DNA of 55,161 nt from Candidatus Woesearchaeota archaeon (GTDB lineage: Archaea > Nanobdellota > Nanobdellia > Woesearchaeales > DSVV01), in contig JACRKF010000014.1 in NCBI GenBank assembly GCA_016219865.1, positions 1 through 55,161 on the forward strand. The letters run 5' to 3'. A program made the position numbers and the translations under genes. Every line of letters starts with the position of its first letter. The first letter of the stretch is position 1. Shown here piece by piece: positions 36,101 to 45,190 of the stretch. The notes beneath the pieces are model-generated. The model had not been told where the DNA came from. It did not search any database and saw only the letters and a program-made list of their open reading frames with translations.

Positions 36101-39100
36101 GGGCAGAGTTAGATGCTGCTGAACAAGCAAGATTAGCTGGGCAGAATAAAGCGTATGAGGATGAATATCAGCGATTGAAAAATAGCAAGCAATTTGCTAA
36201 TCCAAAAGATTATTACATTCCAAGAGAGACATTTATTAAAAATAATCCAACTTTATTTAGTGATCAAAATAAATTTAAGGGATATACACCATTACAACCA
36301 CCAAATTATTTTACAACAACAATTGGCGCAGATGGCACGCAAGGTTATGAAGTAGAATATTATCCTCTGCAAAATGGAAAACTGGCAGATAGAGATTCTA
36401 TCCGTGTTCCTGTTGGTGATAAAGAGGTCACTATTAATCTTGTCAATAATCTTGAACAGCAGGTAAAGAGAAGCTGCAAGCCAGGAGATCAAACATTAAT
36501 TAGATATACTAAATTTGATAAAAACAAACCTTCTTTTATTGCTGGAGGATTAACTACTACTTATGAAGATCAATTTGAATGTTCGTCAAAACCTGTAGAA
36601 GAGTTAGGTATGCCCAAAGCAGGAGAATTTGTTGGCTGTTATAATGCAGAATGTCCGCAGTTTGATGATACAAAATGTTTTGGAAGCTCTGCTGCGCCAA
36701 TCAATCCACCTGAAGGATTGTGGGCATCTGCAAGATGCGGATGTTTGCCGGGTATAAAAGGTCATCTTGAAAATCTATTGCGAATTATGCAAGGCGCTAG
36801 AAAATGTTTACAGCAAGCGCAGATTGGAGAAGTACGCGGCGGATATTGTGAAAGATTGTTAGCGCAGTTTATCTGTGATATTTTTGTAGAGCTTGTATTA
36901 AAATCACTTTTCAAGTCATCATCCAGTGGTGGAGGCTTGCTTGGAGGATTATTTGGCGGATCTGATGTAAAAGATTACAAGTCTAAATCTGCTTCTGTTG
37001 AAGAACGGCTATCTCAAAGATATGGTGGAATTTTGAAGGATAGATTTGGGTTGTCATCAGATCAACTTATCAATAAATTTTGCATCTTTTCAATTACTTT
37101 AGATTGGTCATTGCTTGAAGATGTATTAAATCAAGTTGTTGATTCAATTGAAGTTGCGCCAATTACGCATTTAGAAGGTGAATCAAGAGCATATGGATAT
37201 GATCCATTTACAGGCAAAATGAACATTGGCTATAATGTTTATTTGGGAATTGTTCCAGGCGGTTCAACTGATGTAAATATGTGGCTGGAATGCGACAGAA
37301 ATTATGATGGTGGAGAATTATGCGGCACTGCTGTACCACGATATACGGAAATTCCAGGCTATCGAAGGCATTTTGAAAAACAAGATATATTTGACGAGAA
37401 CTTGCCATTTGTTGTTGCAAATAGTCAATGGTGGTACAATAAAGTTGTGCTTGAAGTTAATTATAGAATAGGCAATAAAATTGAACATAAGATAATTGAA
37501 AGAGCTGTGAATAGAAAGGGTGATTTGGCAACAGGCTGCACATTTTCAATTACAGAAGGCATTAGTTGTCAAGGATTAACATTTTTGCAAGAGCAAGGCG
37601 GCATTATTGAATTGTATAAAGAAAGCGCAGCAAATGGCGGCACAATATTAACGCCAAAAGCTTTAACTTATTATATGGGCAATAATGTAAATGCATTAGT
37701 TAGATTAAGGAATGAATTCAAGAAAGATTTATTTTTTATTCGTGTTGATTATAATGACGGCAGGCAGTCAATTGAATATCCAATTCCAACAAATCAGAAT
37801 ACTTATGGCAGTGAACAAACTTATTTGTTGTGGATTGACACGATTGGCGGAAGTTCACAAGTTGCTGGTTCTCAAGGATTACATTGGCCTTCTTCTCGTC
37901 AAGCTGGACAAGCATTTAATGTTCAGAAATTTGATTCTGGAGATTATAAGGATAATTATTTATTGCTTGAATTAAGCAATGGGGATGCTGCAACTGTAAC
38001 AATTACTGCTGAAGTATTGAATAAAGAGAATAAGATAATTGATGCTGATAATTTTAATTGTCTTGTATTTAATAAAGCAAAATATTCTGACAAAAATGCA
38101 ATCTATAGTAAATATAGCGCATATAAAAAAGGTAAAATGAAAAGTAATTCTATTCAAGAAGATAATGATGGTATTGAAAGAATTGCAGATGATGGGAAAA
38201 CAATCTGCTTGCGTGATGGTGATACTTTAAAGTCAAATGGCGAAGATGTTTCAATAAATAAGATTGTCAGAATTATACAAATGCAAATACAACCATTTAC
38301 GATGCAATCTATTGTTCCATTAAATACTCAAGAAATTCCTCAGTTAAAATTGATTACTAATGCAAATGAATTGCTTGTGCCATTTGAGCTGCAGCAAATA
38401 ACACCTGTGACAACAGCAGGAAAGACAGCAACAATCAATGTGTTCCAAGATACAAATGGCGATGCAAAAGGTGATACGCTAATATTGTATGATAATACAT
38501 TGCAGAATAATCAACAGCAATCTATACAATTGCAATATCTTACAGCAGCTAATCCTGCGCAGAATGCAAAACCAATGATTGAGCTTCTTGAGCCAATAGG
38601 CAAATTCTTTAATCCAGAAGGAAGTATTCCATTAGGTGTTTCAATTATTGATGATAATAATTTAGCAAAAGATGGCGCAACTGCTTCAACACTTGAATTT
38701 ACAATACATGGTTCTGGCACAAGTAAAATGGCTCCATGTAAAGATACATTTGAATTTGATACATCTGCAAAAGAATTCATAAAGAAAAGTGGAAGTGGTG
38801 GTTGTAATATAGAAGTTGATAATGATAGAAAAATAGACCATTCAAAATTAAATTTTTATGCTTTCAAAATTGATGATGCTAACAATCCTATGAAAAGTCA
38901 TAAAGGGCCAGATGATATTTATGATATAACAGCAACAATTACAGATGCTAAAGGACTTTCTGACAGTAAAAGCAAGCAAAGTGTAAGATTCGATCAAAAA
39001 AAAGGAGAATATGAATTAAAAAGAGAACACATAATTATCTGTCTTGGAAGTTATGATTGTTATTCATGGGCTAATGCTGAAGTGGCATCGAATTTAATTC

Positions 39101-39159
39101 CACAGCAGTCAAATGCTAATGAGAATAAAGTTATTGTGAATCCTGGGCAGGTTAATTGA
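33136..39159 (+). CDS. Family B giant secreted protein, copy 2 (FN3 array, Ig-like repeats, Cys-rich core, long C-terminal region)
   Basis: 2007 aa with Sec-type signal (..ILFPVAFALT). Four FN3-like modules (e.g. PQGLTAKKIGFNEIQLTWQLNPKATKYKIYLN), Ig-like modules (NVSGKSKPGAKLYIF, NISGMTESNATVELF, TVTGQTEPFTKLYIT), and a Cys-rich core collinear with copy 1. Confidence 0.85.
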   Translation: MKYQKFISCWLIGLIILFPVAFALTINPESVLVSPTDKSAEINWTTDILADGKAHFGESVDKLKTIPDTAGFQIQHSVNLNSLDQGTKYFYKVESGDGAVITALETFKEFSTLLSSPQGLTAKKIGFNEIQLTWQLNPKATKYKIYLNTSENDKSNGKAIAEQATNEYTIKELAADTEYEIQVNCIDNQNKESKLSEVLLVKTIKKPLEIKFAQAQDISKTSAVINWITTEDANSTVMYGKTNSLNLIQADSELTKNHSIILINLDENTKYNYKVKSNDIESQTQSFATLSNESIEITNIKVSSTSKSSAVVEWDTNIANAGEVVYSIDDAFSNSVKEAQPTKQHTANLQNLLSGTLYYFKVKAAETVSPYSAFTTNESLGSFLTLIDAPTISNSYNINVSGKSKPGAKLYIFVNEQKTAQVITTLKESGEFKKEIKLNQYANYNNIQGNNLVQVMSWDKAGKKDKAEFTVLLDVVKPELQVNPFTKYTSNSNLNISGMTESNATVELFINNASKGFALVNESGFFSKIIALSQNNQTVKAQAKDAAGNINFFEQLVTLDKKAPTITFETQFASETHFKFLTVTGQTEPFTKLYITNYGEFTGCNDIQFTNRVGKCTTFVSNKYMLPSTVVSANLDPFGIVFGTTQEVDTGEDGTFTVRVPMFQGLQKAAAMNKIQFLAVDDAGNTHEVTKSIKYNPGCNDWAINFGEVKAYPFNIYTKELTAQSLQASAFIPIQYIGTGSPKIGNIIVMEDDVSVREGLLGKTGEIISQEDGNKYVSIQNYKVSQYDPITGKAYIYVPLTFSKYTGKMDDLKDQINVYLKASINYNVNSVSTSPNSAANPSNLQPPLQSQFTQAGAASCEVFPMLSFSIQKPLDYSLWLTPSMINKSIEVLDKTIDTTQDIVDVAKKASMYTLLACGAAVAFHYLSAAFDGSSDANIASSGNVNSQCRESDQGLETVYYICDRVLCPAAPPVCDDFQAQGKWMNKENGAELDAAEQARLAGQNKAYEDEYQRLKNSKQFANPKDYYIPRETFIKNNPTLFSDQNKFKGYTPLQPPNYFTTTIGADGTQGYEVEYYPLQNGKLADRDSIRVPVGDKEVTINLVNNLEQQVKRSCKPGDQTLIRYTKFDKNKPSFIAGGLTTTYEDQFECSSKPVEELGMPKAGEFVGCYNAECPQFDDTKCFGSSAAPINPPEGLWASARCGCLPGIKGHLENLLRIMQGARKCLQQAQIGEVRGGYCERLLAQFICDIFVELVLKSLFKSSSSGGGLLGGLFGGSDVKDYKSKSASVEERLSQRYGGILKDRFGLSSDQLINKFCIFSITLDWSLLEDVLNQVVDSIEVAPITHLEGESRAYGYDPFTGKMNIGYNVYLGIVPGGSTDVNMWLECDRNYDGGELCGTAVPRYTEIPGYRRHFEKQDIFDENLPFVVANSQWWYNKVVLEVNYRIGNKIEHKIIERAVNRKGDLATGCTFSITEGISCQGLTFLQEQGGIIELYKESAANGGTILTPKALTYYMGNNVNALVRLRNEFKKDLFFIRVDYNDGRQSIEYPIPTNQNTYGSEQTYLLWIDTIGGSSQVAGSQGLHWPSSRQAGQAFNVQKFDSGDYKDNYLLLELSNGDAATVTITAEVLNKENKIIDADNFNCLVFNKAKYSDKNAIYSKYSAYKKGKMKSNSIQEDNDGIERIADDGKTICLRDGDTLKSNGEDVSINKIVRIIQMQIQPFTMQSIVPLNTQEIPQLKLITNANELLVPFELQQITPVTTAGKTATINVFQDTNGDAKGDTLILYDNTLQNNQQQSIQLQYLTAANPAQNAKPMIELLEPIGKFFNPEGSIPLGVSIIDDNNLAKDGATASTLEFTIHGSGTSKMAPCKDTFEFDTSAKEFIKKSGSGGCNIEVDNDRKIDHSKLNFYAFKIDDANNPMKSHKGPDDIYDITATITDAKGLSDSKSKQSVRFDQKKGEYELKREHIIICLGSYDCYSWANAEVASNLIPQQSNANENKVIVNPGQVN

Positions 39160-39176
39160 GGATGAATCTTAGATGG

Positions 39177-41102
39177 CTATTTTATATTAACAAACATTCT
39201 TTTCTGAGGATTGTATTCGAATAAACCATTTGATTGGTTAAAGATAATCTTTTGAGAATCAGACTTGAATTCATTATAACGGAAGAAAACTGTTATTTGA
39301 TTATTATGTAAAAAACTAATATTAAATGATTTTTCTATATAGCTTCTTCCATGTCTAGATAATGGATTAGGTAATTGTAAAGGAGATAATAAATAATTAT
39401 AGATTAGTTTAATATCTGTTCCAAAACATTTGTAAATATTGATAACAGGGAGTTTTGTTCCATTAACTAATTGTTCATTACCTTTACTATATAAGAATAT
39501 TTCGTATTGTGGATCACTATTGACAATATTTGCAAGAGAATAAATATTATAGTTTATTATGTCATCTTTCTTATTAAATATTAGTTTTCCATGGCTATCG
39601 TGTATTTGTAAATACTCGGCGTTGTTAATTCTTCCCATTTTCTGTTCAATCATTTCATTTCCAGGATTGTCACAAATATCTGCTATAATTGGGCCTTTTG
39701 AGAGAGCAATATTAGTTGTTTCTACAATTAATCTTCTTTCTTTTCCATTAATAAACGAAGAAACAATTATTCCTTCTGAATTATTGGTGATATTTATTAT
39801 TTCTGCACCAATATCTTCCCGTTTTGTTTTGTTAGTTTCTTTATGTACTTGCTGCCAATACCAAATAATCGATCCTGCAGTATCTTCAATTGCCAATGGA
39901 ATTAATTCATCTGCTAACAATGCTGCTAATGATTTTCTTTCTGGGAACTTTGGTGTTTTTGTATAATGAGATTCATTATCTTTGTTTATTACCATCCTAA
40001 ATAATTGTTGAACTTCATTTATTGAATCTAATTGTGTAAATCTTTCTACCCAGCCAATCTTAAATATTTCTGGAAATGCCTGCATTGATGCTTCAATATA
40101 GAACCAATCTTCTTTCTCTTTTTCATTAGCTGGTTTGGGGAAATCTTTTGTTTGCCACCAATCATCTAATATTGCATAACTGCCTCGCCACATACCCTCA
40201 AAATAAGGATTTAAGTCATGCTTCCAATGATTGCCATCAATTCTCCAGCCAGTATTAGCTAAGTCAACCCATTGATCTTGGTAATGCAATGAAGGAAACA
40301 TCTTTCCAAGTATTCCTAACTCTGCTCCTTTTTTTTCTCTTTCTGTATCTTTAAGATTTGCAGAAAAGCGATTTATGGTATATCCAACAAATGAACCTAA
40401 TCTGAAATAATCTTCAATTGAACGTATTCTTAGTGGATTATTCTTATCTAGTAATGGCAATGTTTTTTTGTTTTGTAATGTAATATCACAGTAATGTTCA
40501 AAACCAAATTGGTTGGTAATGACAAATCCAGCCGGAGCTATAAACGCATGAGCTTCTAAGTTTGTGTGTTCAGGTAATGTAACATCTTGAACTAAATGGA
40601 GAACATGGGCTAATGCAAAATAAGCTCGTTTTTTATTTTGTTGGTATAATCTGATAGAATCTTCAAGATCGCAAAGATTATATTTATCATTCAATCCCCA
40701 GTCCATTGCATTCTTAAATTGGTGTGAAGCAATTGGTGATGAATTAAGATAACCTTTGTTATCAATTGGACGAAAAAAATGATTAAAAAATCTTGTTCTT
40801 GTGTCTCCTGCAATATTACACATTGCATTATAATCTACAGATTTATTCATTGCAGGAAATATTGAATCTTCATCAGCAACACCTTCTTTTAAAATTGCAA
40901 GCATTGGCTTTATTTCATCACATATTTTTTTGTGTTCTTGTTTTTGACAAATATATTCAACAGCTTGCTCAGTAATCCATTGATGCACATTAATCTCATG
41001 GGCTTTTGCTGGTTTTGCAGTTTGCATTACAAGAGTTGCTGTTAAAGCAATTGCACTGTATTTTATTGTTCTCCAACAGTTGTTGATGATAGTTGTAAGC
41101 AT
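39177..41102 (-). CDS. Secreted zinc-dependent phospholipase C-like (PLC / S1-P1 nuclease fold) protein with ~400-aa unknown C-terminal region
   Basis: Signal peptide ...LVMQTAKPAKA followed by HEINVHQWITEQA, then FNHFFRP, LAHVLHLVQDVTLPEHT and FGFEHY, matching the ordered Zn-ligand motifs of the Zn_dep_PLPC family. Start at ATG 41102; TTG 41126 is an alternative. Confidence 0.7.
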   Translation of the reverse strand: MLTTIINNCWRTIKYSAIALTATLVMQTAKPAKAHEINVHQWITEQAVEYICQKQEHKKICDEIKPMLAILKEGVADEDSIFPAMNKSVDYNAMCNIAGDTRTRFFNHFFRPIDNKGYLNSSPIASHQFKNAMDWGLNDKYNLCDLEDSIRLYQQNKKRAYFALAHVLHLVQDVTLPEHTNLEAHAFIAPAGFVITNQFGFEHYCDITLQNKKTLPLLDKNNPLRIRSIEDYFRLGSFVGYTINRFSANLKDTEREKKGAELGILGKMFPSLHYQDQWVDLANTGWRIDGNHWKHDLNPYFEGMWRGSYAILDDWWQTKDFPKPANEKEKEDWFYIEASMQAFPEIFKIGWVERFTQLDSINEVQQLFRMVINKDNESHYTKTPKFPERKSLAALLADELIPLAIEDTAGSIIWYWQQVHKETNKTKREDIGAEIINITNNSEGIIVSSFINGKERRLIVETTNIALSKGPIIADICDNPGNEMIEQKMGRINNAEYLQIHDSHGKLIFNKKDDIINYNIYSLANIVNSDPQYEIFLYSKGNEQLVNGTKLPVINIYKCFGTDIKLIYNYLLSPLQLPNPLSRHGRSYIEKSFNISFLHNNQITVFFRYNEFKSDSQKIIFNQSNGLFEYNPQKRMFVNIK

Positions 41103-41197
41103 AAGATAAGGAGAATGTGGTGGCAATATTTAACTTTTGTTATTTGGTAGTTGTTATATCACTAAATTTATATACAAGCTATTGTTTATATAGTTAT

Positions 41198-41401
41198 ATG
41201 CCTACAACAATTCAAGTAAATAAGCATACGTTGCTTTTATTAAAAAAAATAAAGGAAGAAACAGCATCTGTATCTTATGATGAAACTATACGTAAGATTG
41301 CTAATGAGAGAATAAATTCCTCTTCAATGGCTGGTATATTAGGTAAAAGAACACATAAATGGATCATGAATGATCTGAGGGATAAAAGTGATAGGTTCTA
41401 A
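41198..41401 (+). CDS. vapB: VapB-type antitoxin
   Basis: 67 aa. MPTTIQVNKHTLLLLKKIKEE...SYDETIRKI is paralogous to 51952-52149. Overlaps the downstream PIN gene by 14 nt. TATA-like aaatttatatac upstream. Confidence 0.7.
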   Translation: MPTTIQVNKHTLLLLKKIKEETASVSYDETIRKIANERINSSSMAGILGKRTHKWIMNDLRDKSDRF

Positions 41402-41768
41402 ATTAATAGATTCTTCAATTTGGCTAGAATTTCTAGCAAATAGTAGTTATCAAGATCTGATAGAATCTAACGAAGTTTTGTTTGTTTCTTCTGTTTCAAT
41501 ATTTGAGATTAGAAAGAAATTGCTAAAAGAAAAGATAGACAAAGAAATTATCTTGAAAAGTATTAATTTCATAAAAGCAAGAAGCCATTTTGTAATACCT
41601 ATATCAACACAAATAGCAGAGAAAGCAGCAGAAATATCAATGGAGTTTAAACTTCATACAGCAGATGCTTTTATTTATACAACTGCCTTGCTTAATGATT
41701 GCTTGTTGATTACTGCTGATAATGATTTTAGAGGATTAAATAGTGTTCAAGTGCTAGAAAAACCTTAA
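41388..41768 (+). CDS. vapC: PIN-domain toxin VapC
   Basis: 126 aa starting at a GTG inside the vapB end. Carries the four conserved acidic positions (LIDSS, SIFEI, ADAFIY, ADNDF). Confidence 0.8.
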   Translation: MIGSKLIDSSIWLEFLANSSYQDLIESNEVLFVSSVSIFEIRKKLLKEKIDKEIILKSINFIKARSHFVIPISTQIAEKAAEISMEFKLHTADAFIYTTALLNDCLLITADNDFRGLNSVQVLEKP

Positions 41769-41912
41769 GAGAAACTTTACAATTCTGCAAAATTTTCTCA
41801 ATATAAATTATTTTCGTTTAGAACTATATTGCTGAGTTGTTATATATAGATAATTGTGTAGGAATGTATAGAAATGGGATAGAAATATCATAGTAATCTG
41901 AAAACTGCACAA

Positions 41913-42006
41913 CTATGACATTACGATGTCATTAAATGTGCGAAGTTATGACATCATGGTGTAACTAAATGTGCGATATAGTGACATCACGATGTCATTA
42001 AATTTA
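41913..42006 (+). repeat. Three tandem ~31-nt repeats each containing a 7-bp inverted repeat
   Basis: ctATGACATtacgATGTCATtaaatgtgcga / agttATGACATcatggtgtaactaaatgtgcga / tataGTGACATcacgATGTCATtaaattta, ending 28 nt before ATG 42035. Confidence 0.8.
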
Positions 42007-42034
42007 AATAGTAGTTGTTCTATTATTATAAACT

Positions 42035-43300
42035 ATGGAAATAAAGCAATTAGAACAGTTTAATCCTTGGTGGAAAACAAGAGAAATGAATAGAGAATGG
42101 ACTAAATCTTACAAGAGGGTACTGTATTCTGCTTTAGAAAAATATCTCATACAGAGACAGATAATTTTGATACAAGGATTAAGAAGAATGGGTAAAACAA
42201 CGCTTCTTTTTCAATTAATAGAGGATTTACTGCAGAAAGTAGAACCAAAAAGAATATTATACTTCTCTTTTGACGAACAGATAGTTGATATACGAGAAGT
42301 GCTTGAAACATACCAGAAATTAGTTTTAGCAGCAACTTTTGATACACTCAAAGAAGATAAAGTATATGTTTTTCTTGATGAAATACAAAAAGTTGAAAAC
42401 TGGGAAAATAAATTGAAAACATATTATGATCTCTATCCTCAAATTAAATTATTTATTTCAGGTTCTGCCTCAGTGCGATTGCTCAGAAGATCAAAAGAAT
42501 CTCTTGCAGGAAGAATCTATGATTTTATTTTAGAACCATTGTCATTTAAGGAGTTTCTTGAGATAAATGGTAAAGATTTACAAAAAATAAAAGAAAATCC
42601 TGAACTCTGGAAAAGAGAATTACTTCCATTATTCTATAAATATCTTAAGTTTGGCACATTTCCTGAATTAGCAGCAGAGGAAAATGAAGAGATTGCCAGA
42701 AAATATATCATGAACACTGTAGTAGATAGGATTATCTACAAAGATATCATCGAGGAATTTAAGGTAAAAGATATAGAACTCATGAAGAGCATATTCGCAA
42801 TTCTCTGTAAAAATCCAGGTATGCTTGTAAACTTCAAAGAGATTGCTAATAACCTCGGAAGAGATCAACGAACAATTGCGAATTACTTCGAATATTTAGA
42901 GATAAGTTTATTGACTCAATCAGTCTATAATTACAGAGGTTCGCCATTAGCAAGCTTGAGAAAATTAAAGAAAGTATATTTTACAACACCAAATATTATC
43001 TTTGCATATAACACAGAAATTCAGGATTTGTTAGGTTATATGCTTGAGAATCTTGTTCTTATGCATACAAAAGCAACGTTTTTCTATAAAGAACGATATG
43101 AAGTTGATTTTATTCTTGTCGAGGATGATTCTATTATTGGAATAGAAGTAAAAAGCAATGCAATACGATATAATCAACTCTTGCAGTTTCAGAAGAAATT
43201 CGGAGAGAAAGTGAAGAAGATGATGATTATTGACCTAGAAAATGAAGGCAAGGAAAAAGAGATTGAGATTATTTCAGCTTGGAAGATGTTATTAGAGTAA
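42035..43300 (+). CDS. AAA+ ATPase of the AAA_14 / DUF4143 type
   Basis: 421 aa with Walker A GLRRMGKTT and Walker B VFLDEIQKVENWE. The C-terminal part has the architecture typical of DUF4143-containing ATPases. Confidence 0.75.
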   Translation: MEIKQLEQFNPWWKTREMNREWTKSYKRVLYSALEKYLIQRQIILIQGLRRMGKTTLLFQLIEDLLQKVEPKRILYFSFDEQIVDIREVLETYQKLVLAATFDTLKEDKVYVFLDEIQKVENWENKLKTYYDLYPQIKLFISGSASVRLLRRSKESLAGRIYDFILEPLSFKEFLEINGKDLQKIKENPELWKRELLPLFYKYLKFGTFPELAAEENEEIARKYIMNTVVDRIIYKDIIEEFKVKDIELMKSIFAILCKNPGMLVNFKEIANNLGRDQRTIANYFEYLEISLLTQSVYNYRGSPLASLRKLKKVYFTTPNIIFAYNTEIQDLLGYMLENLVLMHTKATFFYKERYEVDFILVEDDSIIGIEVKSNAIRYNQLLQFQKKFGEKVKKMMIIDLENEGKEKEIEIISAWKMLLE

Positions 43301-43325
43301 GGAGAATTCTAAACTATTTTTTTGA

Positions 43326-44168
43326 TTATAATCCTTTGATTCTTTCATACACATTTCCATCAAGCAATGGATTAAGCACTTTTACATCAACGCGCTTGTT
43401 TCCAGCTGTATTGTATCTTGCCAAATATTTGTTTAATTCATCTGTTCCATATTTGCTTCCGATGAATGAAAATACTCCGCCAAAAAAACTTGTAGAAGGA
43501 TCTTGCTCTGTTGTTAATAATAACTCAACTAACTTGTCAGGCGTTGCTTCAACAGCAATCAATTTGCTGCTCATTTGATCATTTGCTGTCATTAATCGCA
43601 TCAATTGTTCTTTTGTTCCATCAAGTGAAATATGATACACGCCATCACTCCCTCGTGGAGCAACGTAGGGCATAAAATTTAATCCAATATTCTGCTTTTC
43701 ACCTAAAGCTTTGCTAATCTCTCCCATCTCTTGTTGTATCATTCGCGTTAAATAAGAATCCACATTAATTTCTCTGCTGCCATCAGCATTTTGCTGCACA
43801 TCTTTATTGCTTGTAAATCCACCAAATCCACCTATTACATTAGCTCCAAAATCAATTTTGTTTCCGAATAATGCATATCTTCCATTTTCACAGGTGGCAA
43901 TGATCCATGATGCTAATGGATTAAATCCAAGGTTTGCAGATGCTGTATCTCTCATATAATAATCATCACGATTAAAATATTGATTGTATCTATATCCCGC
44001 TAAATGCACTCTTGCTTCAATTCCTTGCGGTAATCTGTTATATTCTAGCAAAAAAGAAACAGGATTATCAGCAGCTTTTGGCTTTTCAGCAACAAAACTT
44101 TTCCAATAATCAGCTACTCTTTGTTCAACTTCAAAAGGAAGATCAATCTGTGTTTCCGCAATTGGCAC
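43326..44168 (-). CDS. Hypothetical protein (possible degenerate Nudix-like box)
   Basis: 280 aa from GTG 44168, which has no SD. The frame stays open and protein-like upstream to 44270, where ATT 44267-44265 follows a GAGAGG SD by 7 nt, so the protein may be 313 aa. LTRMIQQEMGEI loosely resembles the Nudix REUxEExGU box. No confident family. Confidence 0.55.
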   Translation of the reverse strand: MPIAETQIDLPFEVEQRVADYWKSFVAEKPKAADNPVSFLLEYNRLPQGIEARVHLAGYRYNQYFNRDDYYMRDTASANLGFNPLASWIIATCENGRYALFGNKIDFGANVIGGFGGFTSNKDVQQNADGSREINVDSYLTRMIQQEMGEISKALGEKQNIGLNFMPYVAPRGSDGVYHISLDGTKEQLMRLMTANDQMSSKLIAVEATPDKLVELLLTTEQDPSTSFFGGVFSFIGSKYGTDELNKYLARYNTAGNKRVDVKVLNPLLDGNVYERIKGL

Positions 44169-44317
44169 TCTAAAATCTGAAGCTTCTGAAGTAATAGAAA
44201 TTGGCGCATGATAATCGAATAAATAAATTGTTCGTTGCGCTGGATGTTTGATTGTGTGTTTTGGAATTTTTTATCCTCTCTTTATAGAATTATAATTAAA
44301 AGAAAAACAATAAAAAA

Positions 44318-45052
44318 TTAATGACTACGTCCTTGAGAACGCTGTGATGGTCTTGCTCCTCTACTTACTGCTGCAATTTCTTCTGCGTTAGGAAGATGTA
44401 TTCTTCCACCAGATTGTTGATGAGTACCACCAACTATTGGCGTTCCATGTTCATCATGGTTTGTAGTTGATGCGCCATACTGATCAACAATATGTTGGAC
44501 AATCTGCATGTATTGTTGAACTATTTCATCATATTTCTCAGCAAAGTAAACTGGATCTTTGAATGTTGTATTTTCACCAACCATTGCTTTATATCGCTCA
44601 AAGACTTCTTTAATTATTTCTGTTTTAGTTTCATTATCTGTAGGATCAACAGAATACATAACACCAGATACATAATTGTTTCTTGCTTCTGATTCTATCT
44701 GAGAACTTAATGCATCAATAACTTTATCCATTTCACCTTTTGTTGTTGCTAAACTGCTTGCTCCTTTGAAACCGCCATGTTTTTGAAATGCGCTTTCAAG
44801 ATAACGAATTGCATGTCCTCTTGCATCTGATTCATTAAGGGTTGCATTATTAGTTGCTCTCCAATGATGCTGCATATATTTTGTAATCTCATCTAAGAAT
44901 TCATTATAATTAGGTTTTGCATGTTGGATATGGTACTCAACTTTTGCTTGTCTATGTTTCTTAGTAACTGTTTCAATAATATGTTCTGGATTTAAAGCTG
45001 TAACTATTTGTTCTAATAAACTACCACTTCTCGTACTATGATTTTCGCTCAT
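44318..45052 (-). CDS. Hypothetical protein, paralog of 45191-45922 (no TM, Gly/Gln/Arg/Ser-rich tail)
   Basis: 244 aa from ATG 45052 (GGGGTG SD 9 nt upstream). Shares YMQHHW, FQKHGGF, VFERYK and FKDPVYFA motifs with the upstream gene. Confidence 0.65.
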   Translation of the reverse strand: MSENHSTRSGSLLEQIVTALNPEHIIETVTKKHRQAKVEYHIQHAKPNYNEFLDEITKYMQHHWRATNNATLNESDARGHAIRYLESAFQKHGGFKGASSLATTKGEMDKVIDALSSQIESEARNNYVSGVMYSVDPTDNETKTEIIKEVFERYKAMVGENTTFKDPVYFAEKYDEIVQQYMQIVQHIVDQYGASTTNHDEHGTPIVGGTHQQSGGRIHLPNAEEIAAVSRGARPSQRSQGRSH

Positions 45053-45190
45053 TAAAATACACCCCAACTAAATTAATTATTATGTAATTACTTGTTAGTA
45101 ATACTAATTTCTCTGTTTCATATATAAATATTTATATGTTGTAGAATATAGATTAATTAGTTAGAAAAAGAGTAAATTAAAATAATAAAA

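Noticed and set aside
41913-42006. The tandem repeat array was considered as a possible mini-CRISPR.
   Set aside because: There are only three directly abutting units with no spacers, the unit length and internal palindrome are atypical, and no cas genes are in the window. Treated as an operator or iteron-like repeat instead.
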